Of a DNA stretch of 64,000 nucleotides, positions 1 through 8,288 are shown piece by piece. The DNA lies in IMG/VR virus record IMGVR_UViG_3300047160_005525, positions 1 to 64,000 of that record. One strand, 5' to 3'. The translations under genes were made by a program, and so were the position numbers. Position 1 is the first letter of the stretch. Every line of letters starts with the position of its first letter. Under the pieces are notes generated by a model. The model saw nothing but the letters and a program-made list of their open reading frames with translations, made no database searches and was not told the DNA's origin. The stretch is from a virus. Taxonomy: Duplodnaviria; Caudoviricetes.

Positions 1-13
1 TAAAGACTAGCTT

Positions 14-1045
14 ATGACTGCACCCTTCGCCATGCCAGACACCAGCTTGCGCCCGTCCGTGCGCTCGCTCGTACGCGCCTGCGCGGGCGCAGCGCTGTTT
101 GCTTGCGGCGGCATTCCCAAGAGAAAAACCGATGAATGGCGCGCTGACGCAGGCGCATGGTACTTGTTGCGTGGCGCAGTACCGCCGGCCTTAACGACCG
201 ACGCCGAGGCGCTGGTGCGGACAGTCGTGTCGGATTTGATTTCGACATTGGCACCGCAAAGCGTGGCGGCAAAAATTTTCGCTAGGGGTCTGCAGCTGAC
301 GTTCGGCCAGGCCGGGCAGATCAGCGTGCCGACGTTGCTTGGTGATCCGAGCTTGGCGAGCTTCGTGGCCGAGGGCTGGCCGATCCCCGTCGTCCAATCG
401 GCGCTGGTCGAGCCGCTCGTGACACTCGTGCCGACGAAGCTCGCCTGCATCGTCGTGCTGACCACGGAGATGGTGCAGTCATCGAACGTCGAGGCGCTCG
501 TCCTCGACGCCTTGACCAGATCGGCTGCGCTGGCGCTGGACTCAGCGCTCCTCGACGCCAATCCAGCTAGCAGCGCGCGTCCTCCTGGCTTGCGCTACGG
601 CATCGCGGCGATCGCCGCCGATTCATCGCCTGAGCCGCTCTCGGCGTTGGTTAATGATATTGGTGCTTTATATGCCGCCGTTGCGGCGACGGCGGCACGG
701 GCGCCAGTCTATGTGATGTCATCGTCGCGTGCGTTCAGCACGCGTTATCTGCTTCCGCCCGGTTGGGCACCGGCCGATTCGCTCGGCAGTTTTGCCTTGC
801 ACGGGACGACGGACATGATTGCGATGGCACCGAATGCGATCGCATCGGCCTACGGAAGCAATGTGGAAATCTCGGCTAGCCGTGAGAGCGCGCTGCAGAT
901 GGAGACCGCGCCGACGGATTTAGCCACGGGACCGACTCGGTCGACCTGGCAAACGGATTGCGTTGCGATCCGGCTGAAGCTCCCGGTGGCGTGGGCGCTA
1001 CGCACGCCAAGGGCTGTAAGTTGGCTTACCGCGACGAATTGGTGA
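14..1045 (+). CDS. HK97-fold major capsid protein paralog (second capsid-like gene)
   Basis: Aligns by eye along its length with the capsid half of 8289-10967 (GLQLTFG/GLSLSFG, SFVAEG/SFVGEG, RPPGL, WQTDCVAIRL/WQTDSIALRM, ends TNW/ITW). Confidence 0.85.
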   Translation: MTAPFAMPDTSLRPSVRSLVRACAGAALFACGGIPKRKTDEWRADAGAWYLLRGAVPPALTTDAEALVRTVVSDLISTLAPQSVAAKIFARGLQLTFGQAGQISVPTLLGDPSLASFVAEGWPIPVVQSALVEPLVTLVPTKLACIVVLTTEMVQSSNVEALVLDALTRSAALALDSALLDANPASSARPPGLRYGIAAIAADSSPEPLSALVNDIGALYAAVAATAARAPVYVMSSSRAFSTRYLLPPGWAPADSLGSFALHGTTDMIAMAPNAIASAYGSNVEISASRESALQMETAPTDLATGPTRSTWQTDCVAIRLKLPVAWALRTPRAVSWLTATNW

Positions 1046-1058
1046 CAGGAGGTTGATC

Positions 1059-1259
1059 ATGATGAAGCTCGGCATGCTTATCGTTGGCGTCGCGTTGTTG
1101 ACCGCGGTGCCGTTCTCGCTGCAATGGTCGCACGAAAAGAACGTGGTGGTGGTGTCGCTTGACCGCGCCGACAGTCGAGTCGGACGGCCGGCAACTGCGA
1201 CCAGCGTCGCCGGCGTTCATCGAAGAGCTTATCGAAGAGCTTATCGCCGCGGATACTGA
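1059..1259 (+). CDS. small exported/membrane peptide
   Basis: AGGAGG RBS at 1047-1052; hydrophobic N-terminus; basic C-terminal RRAYRRAY repeat. Confidence 0.7.
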   Translation: MMKLGMLIVGVALLTAVPFSLQWSHEKNVVVVSLDRADSRVGRPATATSVAGVHRRAYRRAYRRGY

Positions 1260-1260
1260 C

Positions 1261-1443
1261 ATGTGTCCAGGGCATTCGACGATAAGCGAATTCGAAGCGA
1301 TGGAACGTTGTTATGAGATGGTGAAAGAATTTTCGCCTGCAGTTCAATTACGAATCTGGCAGTGGCTCGGAAGTCGATTGCGGGAAGAGGATTGCGCTTG
1401 GTGGGATAGGCTTGGGCCAACTGGGCCGATAGGACCATCATGA
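1261..1443 (+). CDS. hypothetical protein
   Basis: ATG directly after the upstream stop; ATGA overlap with the next gene. Confidence 0.5.
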   Translation: MCPGHSTISEFEAMERCYEMVKEFSPAVQLRIWQWLGSRLREEDCAWWDRLGPTGPIGPS

Positions 1444-2585
1444 CTGAATATCTCGTTGTCGACTATGACACCGGCGCGCCGCCCAATCAGGTGGAGAGCG
1501 ACCTGAACACGTACGGCCTCGACGGCTGGGAAGTCCGAACAGTTGACCTGACCAAGAGCAATAAGCGTCGCGTCATCTTCACGAAGAGCAGCATGGCATA
1601 CGCACCCGAAGCGCCGGCCGATGGCGTAACGTACGGCCGCAAGGACCTGAACTGGAATCCGGTCTTGCCGCTCACCGGTGGCGCGATGACGGGTGCGATC
1701 ACACTGCCCGGTGATCCAGTCAATCCTACTGACGCTGCCGACAAGAATTACATCGATGCGCAAATTTCCAGCCTTGGTGCCATTTATCTGAACTGGGTGC
1801 CTTATATCGGACCGCCGCAATCATTCGCCGCGCAGGATATGACGCGTGATGGCGATTGGACGATGGTTAGTAAGGTTGCTACCAGCGACCGTCCAGCGCC
1901 GCAGCCCAGTGGCGCAGAGATGGACTTGCTGCAGAACTGGAATCCAGCGCAGCAAAATATCCGCGCCAGCTTCTCGGTAGCCAATGAATTCACCACCAAC
2001 ACGGCTGGGTGGATCGATCAGTACGGCGTCGACATCAACGCGCAAAACGTTGGCGCTCCGCACGCGATTGCGCTGATGATCAACGGCGTTACGCGGGACA
2101 CCTTCTCGGCGACGCCGACCGCAGCCGGTATGAAGTGGATCAATATCACGCCGCTGCTGGTGCCGTCCGGAACGGTGATCCGTGTCACCGTGAACGTGAC
2201 GCAATTGGCTAACAACTTGATGTTTTACGATCAGCAAGTGGGCTTGTTCGCGACGCCGCCGACTTACTGCTCGCTGGCGCAGGGGTCGTTCAATGGTGGT
2301 CCGTTTAACTCAAACGCCTACGACTGCCATTGCATGTTCATCCCTGGCGCATACAGCGCAGACTGGGATGTGGTGGCCTTTGGCGGAACGGCAGCGGCTG
2401 GCGGCGGTGCTGTCACGACGATCGGCACTACGCCGGTCACAGTTGCGGGGTTGCCAGCTGGCGAAGCTGGCATGCGCGCTTTCGTCACCGATGCTATGAC
2501 CGCAGTGTTCAACGACATCGTCGCCGGCGGCGGAACGAACGGTGTGCCCGTATTTAGTGATGGTGTAGCCTGGAGAGTTGGATAA
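1440..2585 (+). CDS. fibre/decoration-like structural protein with foldon-like motif
   Basis: PEAPADGVTYGRKDLNW motif; LPLTGGAMTG..AADKNYID fibre repeat; beta-rich C-terminus. Confidence 0.65.
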   Translation: MTEYLVVDYDTGAPPNQVESDLNTYGLDGWEVRTVDLTKSNKRRVIFTKSSMAYAPEAPADGVTYGRKDLNWNPVLPLTGGAMTGAITLPGDPVNPTDAADKNYIDAQISSLGAIYLNWVPYIGPPQSFAAQDMTRDGDWTMVSKVATSDRPAPQPSGAEMDLLQNWNPAQQNIRASFSVANEFTTNTAGWIDQYGVDINAQNVGAPHAIALMINGVTRDTFSATPTAAGMKWINITPLLVPSGTVIRVTVNVTQLANNLMFYDQQVGLFATPPTYCSLAQGSFNGGPFNSNAYDCHCMFIPGAYSADWDVVAFGGTAAAGGGAVTTIGTTPVTVAGLPAGEAGMRAFVTDAMTAVFNDIVAGGGTNGVPVFSDGVAWRVG

Positions 2586-2586
2586 T

Positions 2587-2695
2587 GGCCGCCCCCTCCG
2601 GAGAGAGGGCGGCCCCCTGCCATGCCTTGCCCTACCCGGCCAGACCCGACCATGCCGAGCCAGACCTTGCCCTGCCGCAAGACTAAAAGTTTCAC
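2587..2695 (-). ncRNA. GGY/NN pentamer-array cassette A (12 units + hairpin + putative antisense promoter)
   Basis: 12 RCC-NN units at 2619-2678; hairpin GGCCGCCC/GGGCGGCC at 2587-2615; GTGAAA-N4-TAGTCT on - strand at 2680-2695. Confidence 0.75.
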
Positions 2696-3931
2696 ATGAC
2701 TGCAAAGCCGGAAGCAAAAGAATTGGAAGGAAAATGGACGGGTTTCGGTGATTTGCCGCAACTCGATTCAATCATTGCGTATGAATCCACCGATGATGGC
2801 TGGCGTGCTTTAACCGCGAATGGCGAGCTTTTCGAAATCCATGGTCAGGACGGCCGTAGGGCCGAGGTGCCCGATGACAACAATATCCTAGTCGTGCGCG
2901 CGGGCAAAGCGATCGGTCGCCGCGCTATCGAGCAGCGTGGCTTCAAGATCGACGATTACATCACGCATTTCGATCAGGCGGCGGCGCTATTTCGCAGCGG
3001 CAAGACGCAAGAAGCATTGGCTGAAAGCGACGCGGTCATAGCGCTGGCACCGACGCTGCGCGCGCGGTTCAATCGTGCGTTCGTTCTGCTGACGCTGGGT
3101 CAATGGACCGAGGGCTTGGCTGAATACGAGATATGCGAGCGTGACTCGCCGTTCCTGCGGCCGAAGACACGCGAAGCATTGCAAGCTGGCATCAAGCCGT
3201 GGCGCGGCGAAGACCTAACCGGTAAACGATTATTGCTTCTCCATGATCATGGCTTGGGCGATACGATCCAGATGCTGCGTTATGTGCCGGCACTGCAGGT
3301 CATGGGCGCCGATGTAGTGATGATGGTGCCGCCAGAGCTAATGCGGTTGGCCATGCAGGTAGGGACGGTGATAGCCAACACGATGCGGGTCATCGAAGCG
3401 GATTATGTCTGCTCGTTCCTGCATCTGCTGCATTGGCTGCGGGTAATGCCGGGGATGGTGGTTGGCAGTTCATATCTCAAAGTCGATCCGATGCTGCGAC
3501 ACAAGTGGGTCGAGCGGCTCGGTGGCAGCAAGCAGCTGCGCATCGGTCTCGCGTGGTCAGTCGGTGTGATTTATCAGGATGATTATCCGCGCGCGATTCC
3601 ATTCGATGAGCTTTTCGATAGCCTCGATGTCGAGACCGAGCTTTACAGCCTGCAGACGCAATCGCCGCCGGCGTTTTGGGAACAGGGCATCTATAGTTTC
3701 AAGTTCGAAGACTTCGCCGACTGTGCTGCGCTCATGACATGCATGGACAAAATCATCAGCGTCGATACCGCAGCATTGCATCTCGCGGGCGCGATCGGCC
3801 ATCCGCAGGTCTACGGACTGCTCTCGCATTGGCATAGCTGGAGATGGTTGGCAAATTGGTACTCAAACGTCAAACTATGCCGACAGACGACGCCGGGCGA
3901 TTGGAACAGCGCATTGGAGCAGATCAAGTGA
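2696..3931 (+). CDS. TPR + glycosyltransferase (GT9/heptosyltransferase-like) protein
   Basis: TPR helices (ARFNRAFVLLTLGQWTEG), PWRGEDLTGKRLLLLHDHGLGDTIQMLRY, ISVDTAALHLAGAIG. Confidence 0.85.
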   Translation: MTAKPEAKELEGKWTGFGDLPQLDSIIAYESTDDGWRALTANGELFEIHGQDGRRAEVPDDNNILVVRAGKAIGRRAIEQRGFKIDDYITHFDQAAALFRSGKTQEALAESDAVIALAPTLRARFNRAFVLLTLGQWTEGLAEYEICERDSPFLRPKTREALQAGIKPWRGEDLTGKRLLLLHDHGLGDTIQMLRYVPALQVMGADVVMMVPPELMRLAMQVGTVIANTMRVIEADYVCSFLHLLHWLRVMPGMVVGSSYLKVDPMLRHKWVERLGGSKQLRIGLAWSVGVIYQDDYPRAIPFDELFDSLDVETELYSLQTQSPPAFWEQGIYSFKFEDFADCAALMTCMDKIISVDTAALHLAGAIGHPQVYGLLSHWHSWRWLANWYSNVKLCRQTTPGDWNSALEQIK

Positions 3932-4095
3932 CATCACGGCAGTTGCTTGACTTGCTGGATAACGTACTCACGCGCACTCCGCGCGATAAGCTTATCCGCG
4001 ATTGGTGCAAGGCAAGAGACAGCGGCGATATCGATGCATGGGAAGAAATTGAATTAGAGCTTGAGGAATTTGAAGAACGCGAGGATGCATCATGA
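3928..4095 (+). CDS. hypothetical protein
   Basis: GTGA overlap with the upstream stop; acidic C-terminus. Confidence 0.55.
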   Translation: MTSRQLLDLLDNVLTRTPRDKLIRDWCKARDSGDIDAWEEIELELEEFEEREDAS

Positions 4096-4358
4096 GCGAC
4101 CTAGAGGATCGAAGTGGTCAGCCTAAGCGGCTGACGGTTCGTGACTTGATCTCAGCGGCGCAGTCGGGCGATGCGAACACGCGCAAGCAGGCGTTCGCGG
4201 CGTATCTAGCTTGGAAGAAAGCAGCGCCGCAGATTCCTGATGCCAATCGACTCTCACAAATGGAATGCGACCTCTTGAACAAACTTTTTGTCGCAAAAGG
4301 GTTCAATGTCCCTGGCTACAAGCCGCCAGCGCCGCCTCGGCCTCGCCCGGCATACTGA
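4092..4358 (+). CDS. hypothetical protein
   Basis: ATGA overlap; open frame of 88 aa. Confidence 0.6.
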   Translation: MSDLEDRSGQPKRLTVRDLISAAQSGDANTRKQAFAAYLAWKKAAPQIPDANRLSQMECDLLNKLFVAKGFNVPGYKPPAPPRPRPAY

Positions 4359-7300
4359 CTTCATCCCGATCCGACCGCGTGACTGCTGGACGCAATGGCT
4401 CGACGAAATTATCTGGCCAGGGCGAGCGGCGCGCACGGAAAGCTTGCTGCAGCGGTGGGATGAAGACAAGCATCCGCGTGAGCCCGCGGGTAGCTCAGAA
4501 GGCGGGCAGTTCACGTCGGATGGTGGTGGTGAAGAAAGGGAAACGCATTCGTCTGTTCAGGCTGCGGTAGATGCTGCGCCGAAAGATGGCAATCTGGCAA
4601 TCTCTAATGTGAAAGGCACGCTTGATCAGGTGCGAGCACAGGCTAACCAAGCTGTTATCGATACCGGAAACCAGAAAGGAAAAGAATACGAAGTTGGTGC
4701 GGTGATCCACGTTGGTGATGAGTTGAAACATGGAACGGTAAAAGTTGGGATCGTTCACGGTACGAGCGAACAAATTCAGGAAGGTGAGCACGCTGGCAAA
4801 ATTCGGCATCATATCAAGTTTACTCACCTGGCTCCGGTCTTAAAACAATTTGGCGCTCATGAGTTAACGCATAATCATCCCAGTCTCTCTGTTGCGTCGA
4901 TGGGCGACATTGACGCGATGAATCGAACTCCAACAATGGTCTCCTTGCGTGCACATCATAGGGAAGATAGTTCATCGGTAATATCAATTCCGGGGCGAAG
5001 CGCTGATAATTTTCAACAATGGCGCGCGGAATTTAAGGGTCGGGAAGATTTGGGGAGCAATCCCGTACACTTTAAACAGTTTCTTCACGATGCTGGGGTA
5101 GGGATAATGAAGGCGCTGGGGGAGCGATTGTCGCTGGACGATAGAAAAAAGCTAGGAAATTTTGTTTCGGAAATATCCGAAAGATATAAGGATGATCCTG
5201 ACGCTGGTAAGAATTTTTTGTCAGGATATATTTTCCTTTCGGCTCTAGTGAAGGCAGGGATTGTTGAACACAACCATAAGATACCTAAAGAGCTAAAGCC
5301 AATTCTGAATAAATATAACGGATTGCTTTCGAAAGTTTTAAGAATTGGCAATAGCGTTATCGCTGATGCGCGTCGCGAAGATGTTAATCTGACCAAACAC
5401 GAGTGGAAGCCTGAGGAAGACAAGAAGGATTTTGATGAGAACGAATATTCACACTTTGACTGGGGCGACATGGAATGGATGTTTCGTTGGGACGAGTCGC
5501 AACACCCGCGCGAGCCGGGAGGTAGTCCAGAGGGCGGCCAGTTCAGTTCAGGCGGCGGTGGTGCAGGTGCCGAAGGTGGGTTCGAGTTCGTCTCGCCGAA
5601 CGTCTCCAACATTGGACTCGCGGTCGCGCACAATGCGCTTGGCGGAGAACGACAGAGCGCGCTGAAGCAGGCCTCGGGCGAGGTCGATCGGACGCTCGGT
5701 ATCACGAGCGAAGATCACGACATCATCGGCGCATGGAAGGATGGTGCCGAAAACTCGCTGATGTCGGTCTCGAAGGGAACGAGTTGGGATAAGCTCCGCG
5801 TTAGCGGAGCGATGAAGGGATGGCTCGGAGATCAGAAGCAGGTCCTGCTGTTTCGCGATGAGAAGGATGGGCCGGCTACGCTCTACAAGTTCGAATCTCC
5901 GGATGACGTTCAGAAAACTCATGAAAGAATGCTGGCCAATGGGCTTGCATTCCATACGCTGGTCCCGCACAAGGGTGGCACAACGGTTTTAGTCGCGGAT
6001 TTGGATGGATCGCTGCATCATGACACAATCGCAAAAGCCGCTGGCAAATCCCCCGTCGAATATCGGCAGGGAAAAGGCGAGTTCATCGGCACTCAGCAAG
6101 AAACCGGTGACGACCGAGCGCAGCGTGATGACGCGCGAAAAGCCTACGAAAAAATTATCAGACAATCCCCAGTTCAAGGAAGTAACGCAGCCTGGAACCG
6201 GATTCATAATCGGTGGGGTGAAACGCTAACCAAGCCGCATCCGCTCACAGCGGATAGCATCATGATCGAGGCCCCAGCGGTCAAGCGTAATTCGCTCAAA
6301 ATCAAGGACGTCGCCAAACAACTCAATGCCAGAGCAGGACACATCCTGCAGCAGCAGTTCGGCAAACCGTCCATCGAGGAATCCAGTCCGCAGACCGATG
6401 ACTATTTGGCTAGCTCTATCGCGGACGGCCTCAAGGCCGCGTTGACCAACGGCCACGCTTCACCGACATGGTACAGCGACAAGATGAAAGCGGCGATGAA
6501 CATCGCCGAGAGCATGCATCCCGAGATCGCGAAGAATCCCGACAAGCGATTCGGCTATATCGCAGCAATGGCGATTACCAGCCAGGGCGAGACGGTCGAT
6601 AGCAATGTTCGTCTTGCAGAGGAGGCTTACAAACAGTTCAATGAAACTGGAAAATTTCCAACCAATCTGGAAGTGAAGAATTCCGGCATCAATGGCAACA
6701 TGGAGAAGATGAACAAGCTGATCGAACGTTTTGGCGTCAAAGGCACGCATGAGTTCTTCGATAAGGAAATGACGGTGCGTGAACTCAAAGACATGACTGG
6801 TTACAAGGTCGGCCGCAGTTCGATGGATGATGTCGTCAACGGCTCGGCAGTGCTCGGCCCCAAGATCGGACTCGGGTTCTATCAAAACCTCAATGGCAAT
6901 TTCAAACCGTTGACGGCCGACATCTGGTTCATGCGCGCATGGGGGCGCATGACTAACACCGGCATTGGCCAGCCCGATATGAAACCGATTGCCGATCGTT
7001 TGCGCAATGCACTGAAAGAAGAGGGTCGCCCCGCGCCGGCTGATCTGGATAAGCTCGACAAGATTGCGACTGAAGTATTCGACCAGCACGAGCGTGATTT
7101 TGCCAAGCATGGCGACGAATACAAATCCGGCAAGCGCAGCAAGAGCGAATTGGTCTATGCGTCGGAGCGATTTGTCGATAGCTACGGCGGCAAGATGGTG
7201 GAAGCGCCGCGCGGGGCAGAGCATCGGCAATTCATCACCAGTGTATTCAACAAGGCGCTAGACAAGCTCAAGGCACAGGGCATCAATCTTTCGCCTGCAG

Positions 7301-7449
7301 CAGCGCAGGCGACGTGGTGGAATCCCGAGAAGGTGCTATACCAGCACCTCGGCGGTCGCACCAAAGACGTCTTCACCGATTACGAAAAGTCCTTGTCGAA
7401 ATACGAAAAGGAACATGGCCCCGCGTCGCAAGAAAGAAGTGCCGCTTGA
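4288..7449 (+). CDS. large multidomain head-associated (polyvalent) protein: JAB/MPN-like domain + unknown domain + HhH-glycosylase-like domain
   Basis: Two RWDExxHPREPxGSxEGGQFxS motifs; THNHPSLSVASMGD (JAB-like); GPKIGLGFYQNLNGNFKPLTADIWFMRAWGR (HhH-like); start codon uncertain. Confidence 0.7.
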   Translation: MSQKGSMSLATSRQRRLGLARHTDFIPIRPRDCWTQWLDEIIWPGRAARTESLLQRWDEDKHPREPAGSSEGGQFTSDGGGEERETHSSVQAAVDAAPKDGNLAISNVKGTLDQVRAQANQAVIDTGNQKGKEYEVGAVIHVGDELKHGTVKVGIVHGTSEQIQEGEHAGKIRHHIKFTHLAPVLKQFGAHELTHNHPSLSVASMGDIDAMNRTPTMVSLRAHHREDSSSVISIPGRSADNFQQWRAEFKGREDLGSNPVHFKQFLHDAGVGIMKALGERLSLDDRKKLGNFVSEISERYKDDPDAGKNFLSGYIFLSALVKAGIVEHNHKIPKELKPILNKYNGLLSKVLRIGNSVIADARREDVNLTKHEWKPEEDKKDFDENEYSHFDWGDMEWMFRWDESQHPREPGGSPEGGQFSSGGGGAGAEGGFEFVSPNVSNIGLAVAHNALGGERQSALKQASGEVDRTLGITSEDHDIIGAWKDGAENSLMSVSKGTSWDKLRVSGAMKGWLGDQKQVLLFRDEKDGPATLYKFESPDDVQKTHERMLANGLAFHTLVPHKGGTTVLVADLDGSLHHDTIAKAAGKSPVEYRQGKGEFIGTQQETGDDRAQRDDARKAYEKIIRQSPVQGSNAAWNRIHNRWGETLTKPHPLTADSIMIEAPAVKRNSLKIKDVAKQLNARAGHILQQQFGKPSIEESSPQTDDYLASSIADGLKAALTNGHASPTWYSDKMKAAMNIAESMHPEIAKNPDKRFGYIAAMAITSQGETVDSNVRLAEEAYKQFNETGKFPTNLEVKNSGINGNMEKMNKLIERFGVKGTHEFFDKEMTVRELKDMTGYKVGRSSMDDVVNGSAVLGPKIGLGFYQNLNGNFKPLTADIWFMRAWGRMTNTGIGQPDMKPIADRLRNALKEEGRPAPADLDKLDKIATEVFDQHERDFAKHGDEYKSGKRSKSELVYASERFVDSYGGKMVEAPRGAEHRQFITSVFNKALDKLKAQGINLSPAAAQATWWNPEKVLYQHLGGRTKDVFTDYEKSLSKYEKEHGPASQERSAA

Positions 7450-7714
7450 GACTGCGTCCTGGCTCGAAGACCCGGATGAGCCAGATCGTATGACCGACGT
7501 CGAGATGGACCGTATGGTCGAGGGCATCGCCAAGCGCTTCCCCGAACTGGTCGTCAAGCAAGAGTCACTGGCTGGCAAAGAGCAATGGCCGCGCGCCGGC
7601 GAGAGCCGCGAGGACTTTGTCGATCGCTGCATGACCGGCCTGATGGCTGGCGGCATGAGCAAGGACAAGGCGCGTGATGTCTGCTCAGCCAAGTGGAACG
7701 ATCACAAAAGCTGA
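7415..7714 (+). CDS. small head-cluster protein with PxxGESxxDFxxRC..C..W module
   Basis: Same motif occurs twice in the N-terminus of 8289-10967. Confidence 0.65.
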   Translation: MAPRRKKEVPLETASWLEDPDEPDRMTDVEMDRMVEGIAKRFPELVVKQESLAGKEQWPRAGESREDFVDRCMTGLMAGGMSKDKARDVCSAKWNDHKS

Positions 7715-8279
7715 TCTCAATTTCCTCTGGCCGATCAATTGGCTCGGTCTTCATCGCGAATATTTGCAAGCCGGCGAGATGGAGATCATCGCGGCGCTGC
7801 TGCGTGAGATCGAAGCCAAAGCCATCGTTGAAATAGGCTGCCGCGATGGAAGAACTGCTCGCGTGTTACTGCACAACGTGTCGTCTCTGGTCCATTACCT
7901 CGGGATCGATGTCCCGATGTCCTATGTGCCCGCCTTGGTTCACCAGCGCGCCGAGATGGTTCGTGATCCGGGGGCACTCGTCATCGATGACACGCGTTTC
8001 GAGCTAATGCTTCGCGAGCGCGGCTCGCTCGATCTCAAGCCTGAAGATTTCAATTTCAGATACGACGGAGTTTTTATTGACGGGGATCATTCTTTGAATG
8101 CTGTCCTGCATGACAGCGAGCTTGCAGGGACGATTGTACGCAAAGGCGGGATCGTGATTTGGCACGACTACAATCAGAGTCCGCATGTTGATGTGAAGCG
8201 TGCGCTTGATCGACTGATCGCTGAAGGTTGGCCGATCCAAGTTGTGGAAGGAACCTGGCTGGCATTTTGCAGAATGTAG
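7674..8279 (+). CDS. class I SAM-dependent methyltransferase (Methyltransf_24-like)
   Basis: IVEIGCRDGRT motif I; FIDGDHSLNAVLHD; GGIVIWHDY. Confidence 0.85.
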   Translation: MMSAQPSGTITKADLNFLWPINWLGLHREYLQAGEMEIIAALLREIEAKAIVEIGCRDGRTARVLLHNVSSLVHYLGIDVPMSYVPALVHQRAEMVRDPGALVIDDTRFELMLRERGSLDLKPEDFNFRYDGVFIDGDHSLNAVLHDSELAGTIVRKGGIVIWHDYNQSPHVDVKRALDRLIAEGWPIQVVEGTWLAFCRM

Positions 8280-8288
8280 GAGGCAGAG

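Noticed and set aside
2990-3200. Partial gapped matches of cassette A to the TPR gene (LRARFNR, FLRPK)
   Set aside because: Only about 3 of 10 dinucleotides are exact, which is not above chance.
4288-4358. Programmed frameshift joining ORF 4092-4358 to the 1053-aa protein
   Set aside because: The AAAAGGG run is not a canonical slippery heptamer in the needed frame, and an in-frame ATG at 4306 offers an ordinary start.
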